NCBI GenBank assembly: GCA_963703225.1
Contig: OY969801.1
Location: 2,976,001 to 3,040,000 of the forward strand
DNA: 64,000 nucleotides
Direction: 5' to 3'
Origin: Candidatus Eiseniibacteriota bacterium
GTDB taxonomy: Bacteria > Eisenbacteria > RBG-16-71-46 > SZUA-252
Below, piece after piece: positions 1 through 11,893 of the stretch. Made by a program: the position numbers and the translations under genes. How positions within the stretch are numbered: the stretch's first letter is position 1; each line of letters opens with the position of its first letter. The notes under the pieces are model-generated. The model saw nothing but the letters and a program-made list of their open reading frames with translations, did not search any database and was not told where the DNA came from.

Positions 1-685
1 CGGTGATGATCACGAAGTCGTCCCCGCCGATGTGCCCGACGAAGTCCTTGTTGCCGCCATGCCGCTCGATGACCTGGTGCAGAAGCGAGGCGGTGAAGCG
101 AATCAGCGAGTCGCCCCGCGCGTACCCGTAGTAGTCGTTGAAGGGCTTGAAGTAGTCGAGGTCGAGATGCAGAAAGGCGAACTTCTCCCCCGCGGTGATC
201 CGCTGCGTGAGCTCGGTTTCGATGAGCACGTTTCCGGGCAACCCGGTCAGCGCGTTCGACTGGAGCTGGGCCCTCCGAGTCTTGAGCTGATTCCGCACCC
301 GGAAGAGGAGCTCCATGTGCTCCCATGGCTTGGTGATGTAGTCGTCGGCGAAGACCTCGAGGCCGCGGAGTCGATCGTCCAGGGCCGACTTGGCGGTCAG
401 GAAGATGACCGGAATGCGGCTCGTCAACGGATCGGACTTGAGCCGCATGCAGACGTCGAACCCGTTGAGCCCGGGCATCATGACGTCGAGCAGGATCAGA
501 TCGGGGGGATCGCGGCGGATTTCCTCGAGCCCCTTCAACCCGTCTTCCGCGGTGCGGACTTCGTACTTCGCGTCCTTCGCGTCTTCGAGCTGCTTTTTCA
601 AAATGAAGCGAAGGCGCGGCTCGTCCTCGATGACGAGGATGCGGCCGGCATCCGCCGTCGGCGTCTGGTTCACAGGCACGCTCAC
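1..685 (-). CDS. Response regulator diguanylate cyclase (REC-GGDEF), 3' end outside the window
   Basis: Manual translation from GTG 685 gives a REC domain (ILVIEDE...DLILLDVMMP...FLTAK...DYITKP), then LTGLPGN...DLDYFKPFNDYYGYARGD...GHIGGDDFVII. The + ORF 32..763 is its shadow. Confidence 0.9.
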   Translation of the reverse strand, partial: MSVPVNQTPTADAGRILVIEDEPRLRFILKKQLEDAKDAKYEVRTAEDGLKGLEEIRRDPPDLILLDVMMPGLNGFDVCMRLKSDPLTSRIPVIFLTAKSALDDRLRGLEVFADDYITKPWEHMELLFRVRNQLKTRRAQLQSNALTGLPGNVLIETELTQRITAGEKFAFLHLDLDYFKPFNDYYGYARGDSLIRFTASLLHQVIERHGGNKDFVGHIGGDDFVIIT

Positions 686-876
686 GGGTTGCCCTCGGTG
701 TGGGGCGGCTTGGAAGTTGGCTCCTCTGTTGCGATTAATCGACGAAGGGGGGAATCATCTTGAGCGGGAAGGGCTTGCGCGGAAGCGGGGTGCGATTCCG
801 GGCTATGCCCCCTAATTGCCGCTACTGCTTTGTGTTACGAGATGCCAGCTGCGGTGTGGGGCGGCCCTGTTTCCCT

Positions 877-1881
877 TCAGCCCAGGTCGAACGAATCCAG
901 GTTGGGAATCGCGGTCGCTGTGAGAGGCGTGTGCGCGCCGCGTTTGAGCGCGAGCCAACCCGCGTAGGCGATCATCGCGCCGTTGTCGCGGCAGAAGGGC
1001 GGCGAGGGAAAGAGCGCGGGGATGCCGTGCTTCTCCGCGATCCGGGTCGCCTCGCTCCGAAGCAGCGTGTTGCACGCGCATCCTCCGGCGATCGTCAGCG
1101 CGCGCGCGTTGTGGCGCTCCAGCGCTTGCGAGAGCCGCTCGATGAGCGGGGCGACGATCGCTCGTTCGGCCGACGCGGCGATGTCCCGGACCCGCGAATC
1201 GGGAATGGGGCGCGGCTCGCGCTCCACGAGCAGCTTCACCGCGGTCTTGAGCCCGCTCATGCTCACGTCGAGGGTCTCGCCTTTGAGCCGCGCCACCGGG
1301 AAGTCGATGGCGCGCGGGTTTCCGTCGCGCGCGAGGCGATCGACTTCGGGGCCGCCTGGATAGGGGAGGCCGAGGAGTTTCCCCACCTTGTCGAACGCCT
1401 CTCCCGCCGCGTCATCGCGTGTGGAGCCAAGCCGACGCACCAACCCGGGTTCCGCGACGTGGTAGATCTCCGTGTGCCCACCGGACGCGACCATTCCGAT
1501 GAATGGAAATTGGAGCTCGTGTTCGAGCCCGGCGGACAACAGGTGCGCCTCGACGTGATTCACGGCGACAAACGGAATCCCGCGCGCCATCGAGAGCCCC
1601 TTCGCGAACTCGATCCCCACGAGGAGCGATCCCACGAGGCCCGGGCCGAGGGTCGCGGCCACGGCGTCGATCGAGTCGATCGAGGCGCCTGTATCGCGGA
1701 GGAGCTCTTCGAGAACGCGGGGAAGGAGCGTGATGTGGGCTCGCGACGCGTGCTCGGGCACCACGCCGCCGTACTCGACGTGCACGTCCTGCGACCGCAC
1801 CACGTGGGCGACCAGCCGCCCGTCATCGAGCAGCGCCGCCCCCGTGTCATCGCACGAGGTCTCGATTCCTAGGACGCGCAT
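877..1881 (-). CDS. tsaD: tRNA N6-threonylcarbamoyltransferase
   Basis: LGIETSCDDT, GGVVPEHASRAH, VNHVEAH, SGGHT, DDAAGEAFDK, CRDNGAMIA motifs. Confidence 0.97.
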   Translation of the reverse strand: MRVLGIETSCDDTGAALLDDGRLVAHVVRSQDVHVEYGGVVPEHASRAHITLLPRVLEELLRDTGASIDSIDAVAATLGPGLVGSLLVGIEFAKGLSMARGIPFVAVNHVEAHLLSAGLEHELQFPFIGMVASGGHTEIYHVAEPGLVRRLGSTRDDAAGEAFDKVGKLLGLPYPGGPEVDRLARDGNPRAIDFPVARLKGETLDVSMSGLKTAVKLLVEREPRPIPDSRVRDIAASAERAIVAPLIERLSQALERHNARALTIAGGCACNTLLRSEATRIAEKHGIPALFPSPPFCRDNGAMIAYAGWLALKRGAHTPLTATAIPNLDSFDLG

Positions 1882-2014
1882 GTGACGAGTGTAGCTCGAT
1901 TCGCGATCATCAAGGGCTGACGCGAGCGGGACTGACCGGAGAGACCGTCCGCAGCCCGTGTCTTTGCTTCTTGCGGGCGAGGACCCGTGTCCCGAAGGTC
2001 AGATCCCGATCGTG

Positions 2015-2422
2015 TCAGCCCCTCACGATCGCGAGCCGGTTACGCGCGCGTTCGAGCGCGGCTTTGGCGCGGAGCACGTCGATGCCGCGGGACGGCTCGC
2101 GCAGGCGGCCCTCGGCGCGCGCTCGCGAGGCTTCGGCGCGGGCGCGGTCGATCTGGTCGAATCGCTCCGCGGTGTCGGCCAGCACGGTCGCTCGGTTCGC
2201 CGAGACCTCGAGAAATCCGCCGCTCACCGCGTAGCTCGACAGGTTCCCGCCCGGCTCGCGGACGTCGAGCCGGCCCGGGCGAAGCGAGGTGATCAGCGCG
2301 GCGTGATGGGCGAGGATGCCCAGATAGCCCTCAGTGCCCGGCGCCTGCAACGAGACAACCGGCGCTTCGAGGACGAGGCGCTGCGGCGTGACGAGCCGGA
2401 AGGTGAAGATGGCGTCGGCCAT
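2015..2422 (-). CDS. atpC: ATP synthase F1 epsilon subunit
   Basis: MADAIFTFRLVTP...GYLGILAHHA...VSGGFLEV; last gene of the atp operon; start trimmed to ATG 2422. Confidence 0.95.
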   Translation of the reverse strand: MADAIFTFRLVTPQRLVLEAPVVSLQAPGTEGYLGILAHHAALITSLRPGRLDVREPGGNLSSYAVSGGFLEVSANRATVLADTAERFDQIDRARAEASRARAEGRLREPSRGIDVLRAKAALERARNRLAIVRG

Positions 2423-2442
2423 GGCTGATTCCGTTCCCCCGC

Positions 2443-6284
<3,842 letters not shown>

Positions 6285-6287
6285 GCG

Positions 6288-6845
6288 TCAACCTCTTCCG
6301 TGGACCCGCGTCTGGAGGAGGTGACGGCGAATCCGCCACAGCTCCGTCGCGAGGGTATTGTCGATGACCTGATGGTCGAGCGAGACGACCGCGCCCCCAA
6401 GGAGCGCCGCGTCCACCTCGCGCGTGAGCAGAATCTTGAGCCCGGTTCGCCGGGCCAGCGCGCCCGTGAGTTCCTCCGCCTGGCGATCGGTGATGGGAAC
6501 CGCGGTCCGGATGAGCGCCCGCCGGATGCCCCGCGCTCCCTCCGCCATCTTCTCGAATTCGTCGGCGATCGCGATGAGGTGATCCAGCCGCCGGCGGCGG
6601 AGCAATACGTGAAAGAGGCCGTAGATCGGACGCCCGACTTTGGGCTTGAGGCGATTCTCGAGGAACGAGAGCTTCTCGGCGCGGGTGATGGAAGGCGACT
6701 CGAAGTAGCGTCGCATGCGGGGCTCGCGTGCGAAGAGCGCCGCGACCTCCCCGAGCTCGGACTGGGTCTGATCGAGCTCCTTCTGCTTTTCGGCCAGGCT
6801 GAGAAGCGCGCGCGCGTAGCGGCGCGCCAGGGTCACGGAGATCAT
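6288..6845 (-). CDS. atpH: ATP synthase F1 delta subunit
   Basis: LARRYARAL, VDAALLGG; operon position. Confidence 0.95.
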   Translation of the reverse strand: MISVTLARRYARALLSLAEKQKELDQTQSELGEVAALFAREPRMRRYFESPSITRAEKLSFLENRLKPKVGRPIYGLFHVLLRRRRLDHLIAIADEFEKMAEGARGIRRALIRTAVPITDRQAEELTGALARRTGLKILLTREVDAALLGGAVVSLDHQVIDNTLATELWRIRRHLLQTRVHGRG

Positions 6846-7333
6846 CGGGCCTGCTCCACCTCCGCCAGGAAGCTGTCCACCAGCTTCTTGTGTCGGTCGG
6901 CGGTCAGCTCCTCATGGACCACCTTCGTGGCGATCCCCATGGCCAGCTCCACGACCTCGTTCCGAAGCGCGATCTGCGCTTTGTCCCGCTCGAGAGCGAT
7001 CTCCTCCCGCGCCCGGGTGATCATCTCCTGGGCCTCGGTCCTCGCGATCTCGCGGATCTCGGCGGCCAGCTGCTGGCCCTCCACCACCGCGCTCTGAATC
7101 CGCTCCCGGCTTTCAGCCTCGACCCGCTTCAGATGCTGTTCGTATTCCTGACGGATCCGAACCGCCTCCGCCTTCTCCTTCTCGATCCGCTCCAGCTCGG
7201 CGCGGATTCGCTCGCGGCGCTCCTTCATGGGCGGGTAGATGATCGAAAGAAACGCCCCGCGGACGAGGAAGAAGAAAACGATGAAGCTCAGGACATGAGC
7301 GATGAGCTGGTTCACGTGAACCATCTGGTCCAT
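6842..7333 (-). CDS. atpF: ATP synthase F0 b subunit
   Basis: N-terminal TM then charged coiled coil (ERRERI...AREEIALERDKA); start trimmed to ATG 7333. Confidence 0.93.
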   Translation of the reverse strand: MDQMVHVNQLIAHVLSFIVFFFLVRGAFLSIIYPPMKERRERIRAELERIEKEKAEAVRIRQEYEQHLKRVEAESRERIQSAVVEGQQLAAEIREIARTEAQEMITRAREEIALERDKAQIALRNEVVELAMGIATKVVHEELTADRHKKLVDSFLAEVEQAR

Positions 7334-7388
7334 AAGGCCTTTCCAGGGTCGGGGCGACCGGCGGATCGCCGGTATGGCCCTCGACCTG

Positions 7389-7622
7389 TTACCCGATCCT
7401 GCCTTGAAGGAAGAACATCGTGACGAACGCGTAGATCGTGAGCGCCTCGGCAAAACCGAAGCCGATGATCATGGCGACCTGGAGCTTGGGGAGAATTTCC
7501 GGTTGGCGGCCCATGGCCTCCATGGCTCCCTTCCCCAAGAAACCGATCCCGATGCCCGAACCGATGGCCGCGAGGCCGATTCCCAGCGGAAGCCCGAATC
7601 CTAGGGTGGCTGCGAAGTTCAC
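7389..7622 (-). CDS. atpE: ATP synthase F0 c subunit
   Basis: GTG with AGGAGG RBS; GSGIGIG, RQPE, FAEALTIY (H+-type rather than the Na+-type ES/T-GIY). Confidence 0.95.
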   Translation of the reverse strand: MNFAATLGFGLPLGIGLAAIGSGIGIGFLGKGAMEAMGRQPEILPKLQVAMIIGFGFAEALTIYAFVTMFFLQGRIG

Positions 7623-7681
7623 TTCATTCACCTCCTTTGTGTGTGCGTGATCCGCGCTTCTCGGAACAAACCGTACTCGTA

Positions 7682-9061
7682 CTAGTGCGCTGCCTCCGTC
7701 TCTCCGTGCGCGTCCGTCTCGTGCGGCAGCATCATGTAGAGGTAGACCGTCGCGAGGAGGGAGAAGATCAGAGCCTGGACAATGGCCGTGAGCGTCTGGA
7801 GCATCATGAAGAGGGCCGAGATCCCCAAGAGCGGCGGGACCGCGAGCGCCGTCAAACTTGCCTTCAAGCAGAGCGCGGTCGCCCCGACGAACACGACGAT
7901 CAGGGTGTCCTCGCCGAAGATATTTCCAAAAAGACGGCAGGAGAGGCTGACCGGCTTGGCCAACTCCCCGAGAATGTGAACCGGGAGCATCACCGGCAAC
8001 ATCGCCCACCCAATCGCGTCGCGCGGCGACCCGGCCAGGTGATCCAGATAGCCCACGATGCCGAGATTTCGGATTCCCCAGACTTGAACGTAGAGGAACG
8101 TAATGAGCGCCAGCGCCAGCGTCAGGTCGAGCGTGGACGTCGCCGACATGAAGCCGGGAATGATCCCGAGCAGGTTGATCGTGAGGATGTAGAAGAAGAG
8201 CGCGAAAATGAAGGGCAGGTAGCGCTCGGCGTACCTCCCGAGGAGTCCGCCGCAGACGTCTTCCATACTCTCGACGATCCACTCGAGGCCGTTCTGGAGT
8301 TGGCCCGGCACCGGCGTCGGGCGGCGCATGGCGAGCCAGGACACGAGCAGAAAGACCATCCCCCCGAGCCAGGCAAAGACCAGGTACTCGTTCTCGTGCA
8401 TCCAGTGGACGACCGGGTTGTGGGGGAAGTAATCGTTCAGGAGGATGATCCAATTGGGAAGGTGCTGAACGCCGCCGCCTTCCGAATTCGCCTGCTCCGC
8501 GTGGGTCCCGGCCGCCTGTTCGACGTGCGCGCCCCCGGCCGTCTCCCCTTGCCCCTCGCCGGAGGCGAGCGCGAGGGTGGGCGCGGCCAGGAACGACGCG
8601 AGGAGAAGGACGAGAATAAGTAGGGCGGCAGGCTTGGCGGCGTTCCCGGAGGTAGCCGCTGTCTTGGTCGCCCGCCGCACCCAAGACGATGGCCCCGATC
8701 CAAAAGCCAGCATGATCGACTTGAGGAAGAGCGCGAAAAGTGGAATGGAGAATCCGAGCACGAGCGGAAGGGGCTCGACGGAACGCGAGACCACGAGCGC
8801 GATCAGCGCGCCGTAGACCACCGCGATCTTGAGTCCGGCGAGCACAAAGAACCCTCCGGGCAATGCCGCCTTCTGCCCCTTATTCCTTGAGATGGCCGAT
8901 TGCGTGAAGAGTTTCACAAGCTTTTCGATAAAAAAGAAATTCAGGGCCGCGAGGATCTGCCCCGCGGCGAGGGCGAGCGCGGCGGAAGGGCGGCTTGGCA
9001 GGAGCACCGCCACCAGAGCCAGGGCGACGAGCCAGGAGGCCTTGAGCGAGCGGATTAACAA
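7682..9061 (-). CDS. atpB: ATP synthase F0 a subunit with in-frame N-terminal AtpI-like 4-TM domain
   Basis: C-terminal part has PGQLQN, NLLGIIPG, SLSCRLFGNIFG, IVQALIFSLL. The N-terminal ~120 aa is an AtpI-like hydrophobic domain. Confidence 0.9.
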   Translation of the reverse strand: MLIRSLKASWLVALALVAVLLPSRPSAALALAAGQILAALNFFFIEKLVKLFTQSAISRNKGQKAALPGGFFVLAGLKIAVVYGALIALVVSRSVEPLPLVLGFSIPLFALFLKSIMLAFGSGPSSWVRRATKTAATSGNAAKPAALLILVLLLASFLAAPTLALASGEGQGETAGGAHVEQAAGTHAEQANSEGGGVQHLPNWIILLNDYFPHNPVVHWMHENEYLVFAWLGGMVFLLVSWLAMRRPTPVPGQLQNGLEWIVESMEDVCGGLLGRYAERYLPFIFALFFYILTINLLGIIPGFMSATSTLDLTLALALITFLYVQVWGIRNLGIVGYLDHLAGSPRDAIGWAMLPVMLPVHILGELAKPVSLSCRLFGNIFGEDTLIVVFVGATALCLKASLTALAVPPLLGISALFMMLQTLTAIVQALIFSLLATVYLYMMLPHETDAHGETEAAH

Positions 9062-9097
9062 GCTCGTCCCTACCCTGTCCTCATTTTCCTTCAGGGT

Positions 9098-9328
9098 TCA
9101 ATCCTCCCGCTGCGACGTCTTGATGATCTTGATGGTCTCGTTCACGCCGGCGACGAAGCCAAGAGCGAGCAGGACAATGCTCAACCAGGGCTGCGTCCGG
9201 AACTTCTGATCGAGGTATTTCCCGAGGAAGTATCCGACGATTGGCGCCAGCGCGAGAATGAACGGTATTGACGAGAGCAGAGCGATCTGCCGCCAGGCGG
9301 TGACCTTCTTCGGATCGATGTCGGTCAC
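9098..9328 (-). CDS. AtpZ/AtpI family (ATPase gene 1) small membrane protein
   Basis: GYFLGKYLDQKFRTQPWLSIVLLALGFVAG; first gene of the atp operon. Confidence 0.88.
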   Translation of the reverse strand: MTDIDPKKVTAWRQIALLSSIPFILALAPIVGYFLGKYLDQKFRTQPWLSIVLLALGFVAGVNETIKIIKTSQRED

Positions 9329-9426
9329 ACCTAGCTTTCGCCCACGGTGAAACGCGGCGCGGGACCCGGCCCCCGCCGCAACCCTCGATCAGCAGAGGAA
9401 ATCGCTTCGTCGACCCCGAGCCAGGG

Positions 9427-9456
9427 AAGGTACTCGAGCGTGGGCGCGGGGGTCAA
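9427..9456 (-). promoter_or_regulatory. Putative sigma70 promoter of the atp operon
   Basis: TTGACC-N18-TACCTT on the minus strand, ~100 nt upstream of the first atp gene. Confidence 0.55.
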
Positions 9457-9460
9457 TGGG

Positions 9461-9714
9461 AAAAGGGGTCGAGGCGTGGGGCGCCGGGCGCTCTCACGCG
9501 CCGCGCGCAACTCCCCACGCCGACCCCTAAGTCTAAGGCGGGGCACCTCTTCGCCTCCTCGGCTTCACCACACCGCGGCCCCGACTCCGCAGTGCTCTCC
9601 CCCAAACAGAGGACGCCCCGCCACACCTTTGACCACATCTATATCGCCCCGCGCGGCCCGCCGACCGGCCCACCAGCCCTCCGCGGGTAGCCCCGACGGC
9701 GGGACCGCCGGCAT
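9461..9714 (-). ncRNA. Candidate structured small RNA
   Basis: Hairpins at 9537-9622 and 9465-9527, the latter followed by a U4 tract; sigma54-like promoter upstream. Confidence 0.35.
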
Positions 9715-9725
9715 CTCCTCCCATG

Positions 9726-9740
9726 GCAACCGGCATGCCG
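9726..9740 (-). promoter_or_regulatory. Putative sigma54 (-24/-12) promoter
   Basis: Minus strand CGGCATGCCGGTTGC (GG-N10-GC); AT-rich tract at 9754-9790 upstream. Confidence 0.5.
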
Positions 9741-9979
9741 CCCCTCCAGTAGGGTGTTAATTCCTATAACACTCAGTAGAAAAACGGGTTGCCGGCTGGA
9801 TGAAAATTGGCCTCGGAGCCCCCGGCGTCGCCCTCCGTGGACGCGGGTTTACGAACCGCCAACTCCGGTTGGCCACCCTGAAACCGCATTCAGGGGACAA
9901 GTTCGCTCGGCCAAGGGCCGATAAACGAGGCGATGTCTCTTGCCATGTTCGCGCTCACAAAACGGCCAGGGGCCAACAC

Positions 9980-10501
9980 ATGACGTCACAAGCATCGCCG
10001 ATTGCGTGGATGGATCTGCAGCGTGAGAACGAGCTCGTGGCCGCAGCCCAACGCGGGAATCGAGAGGCATTTCTCGAGCTGGTCCGGCACTACCAGCGCT
10101 CCGTCTATCGCCTCGCGTTCGCGATGACCCGCGACGCCGACGACGCGTCGTCGCTCGCGCAGGAGACGTTCGTGAGGGCGTGGAAGGGGATGCGCGATCT
10201 GCCGGAGAGCCGTCGGTTCTTCCCGTGGGCGCTTCGCATCGCCAGAAACCTCGCGGTCTCACTCGCGCGGAAGCGGGCCGGCACCCAAAAGCCGGGTGAG
10301 GGAGACCTCCTCCTCAATTCGTTCGCGGAGCTAAGGCCGGACGAGCAGATGGCGCTCGCCCTGCGCGTCGTGGAGCGCCTCAAGTACTCCGATATCGCTG
10401 CTCTTCTCGACACTTCCCTCGGCGCCGCCATGGTGCGCATCGCACAGGCGCGGAGCCTGCTCCTCGGGCGGACTTCGGCGACGGAAGGAGAGACGGCGTG
10501 A
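9980..10501 (+). CDS. ECF sigma factor (sigma-70 family)
   Basis: Region 2 (AFLELVRHYQRSVYRLA...AQETFVRAW...PWALRIARN) and region 4 (LKYSDIAALL); start trimmed to ATG 9980. Confidence 0.9.
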   Translation: MTSQASPIAWMDLQRENELVAAAQRGNREAFLELVRHYQRSVYRLAFAMTRDADDASSLAQETFVRAWKGMRDLPESRRFFPWALRIARNLAVSLARKRAGTQKPGEGDLLLNSFAELRPDEQMALALRVVERLKYSDIAALLDTSLGAAMVRIAQARSLLLGRTSATEGETA

Positions 10502-11877
10502 TCCATCTCACTCCCCAGCAGCTCTCCTCGTACATGGACGGGGAGCTGAACGAGGCCTCGACCGAATTGGTCCGCCGCCACATGGGCGCCTGCGAGGAGT
10601 GCACGCTCAAGTTCGCGTCGCTCGAAGTGCAGGAGGACCTGCTGTCGCGCGCGCTGGTCCACGATCCCGGCGACGAATTCTTCGCGGAGTTCACCGCGGC
10701 GGTGGAACGCCAGATTCCCACGGGGAAGGATTCCGGCGCGAAGCCGGCCTCCTTGGCCGCGGCTCGCCCATCGCCGCCCCGGGCCACGCCGACGCCCGCG
10801 GCAAAGCCGGCGGCCCAGGCCGCGCCCCCCGCGGCTGGCCCTCCCCCGACCCCAAGGACGGCGGAGGTGGTCTCGGCCCCGACGTCGGACATGCCGGAGA
10901 TGGAGGAGGTCGGCGCCCACATCCGGAAAGAGAGCGAGAATGCCGCCTTCGTGAGGGCCGCCGCGCCGCCCCGCGCGGTCGAGGCCCCAATGCCGCGGCC
11001 CAAGGCACCCCCGCGCCCGAAACCTTATCGGCCCAAGGTCCGCCGCCCAGCCCCGTCGATTCCCTGGTACGCGGCCGTGATCCTGGCCGTCATCTCGGCG
11101 TCGGTGGGGGTGGTCGTCTCGCGCACGGAGCCGCTTTCCGCGTGGCTCGATTCGGTGATGCACGGATCCGTGGCCCAGCCGACCGATGTGGCGCCCGTCC
11201 CCGACGCGCCCATCACAGCACCTCCCGCGGAGACGGCGCCGGTTCCCAGGGCGAATGTGCCCGACTCCAAGGTCGGCTCGTCCGACTCCAGGGGGAATGC
11301 TCCCGCTGCCAAGGCGAGCGCGGCGGTTTCCAAGGAGAACGCGGCGCTTTCCAAGGAGAGCGGGCAGCCCCGGAGGGAAGCGGTGATTGAGCCGCCGATC
11401 GACGACGAAGCGATGGATCCGGAGATCCAGACCGACGACGCTTCGCTCGCGAACACGCCCGACCTCCCCGAGCCCGAGCCCCAGGAGGCCTCGCGATTCC
11501 TGAAATCCGACGCGCCGCCGCCACGCGCGAAGGACTTGGGCAATCAGGGCGATCCGTTCGGATCCATTCCGGCCGCTGCGGCCGCGCAGGTGCGTGTCGC
11601 CCAGAAGAGCGTGGCGGCGGCCGACAACGATCCATCCCCCGCCCGATACGAGACGGCGGCCGCGGATTGGGAGCGCGCGACGGCGCTGCTTCAAGGCTGG
11701 CAGCAGAGTCAGGGCCGGTTCGAGATCGCATCCGCGAAATATCGTGCCTGGGAGATGGTTCCCACGCCCGGCCGGGCGGCCGCAGCGACCGCCGCCATTC
11801 GTTCGTACATGGCCTCCGCCACGCAGGGTCCCGCCCGGGATCAGGCGCGCGCCTGGATGGCGCGCCTCAGCCGCTGA
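10498..11877 (+). CDS. Zinc-binding (zf-HC2/ZAS) anti-sigma factor with Pro/Ala-rich linkers and one TM
   Basis: LSSYMDGEL...HMGACEEC (HxxxCxxC); GTGA overlap with the sigma gene; TM WYAAVILAVISASVGVVV. Confidence 0.88.
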   Translation: MIHLTPQQLSSYMDGELNEASTELVRRHMGACEECTLKFASLEVQEDLLSRALVHDPGDEFFAEFTAAVERQIPTGKDSGAKPASLAAARPSPPRATPTPAAKPAAQAAPPAAGPPPTPRTAEVVSAPTSDMPEMEEVGAHIRKESENAAFVRAAAPPRAVEAPMPRPKAPPRPKPYRPKVRRPAPSIPWYAAVILAVISASVGVVVSRTEPLSAWLDSVMHGSVAQPTDVAPVPDAPITAPPAETAPVPRANVPDSKVGSSDSRGNAPAAKASAAVSKENAALSKESGQPRREAVIEPPIDDEAMDPEIQTDDASLANTPDLPEPEPQEASRFLKSDAPPPRAKDLGNQGDPFGSIPAAAAAQVRVAQKSVAAADNDPSPARYETAAADWERATALLQGWQQSQGRFEIASAKYRAWEMVPTPGRAAAATAAIRSYMASATQGPARDQARAWMARLSR

Positions 11878-11893
11878 GGGGATCGAGAAGGGG

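Noticed and set aside
1..685. Hypr-type (cGAMP-making) GGDEF
   Set aside because: The specificity position is Asp (YARGD), as in ordinary diguanylate cyclases.
7389..8684. 431-aa AtpE with a long N-terminal extension
   Set aside because: The extension overlaps atpB out of frame; the RBS supports GTG 7622.
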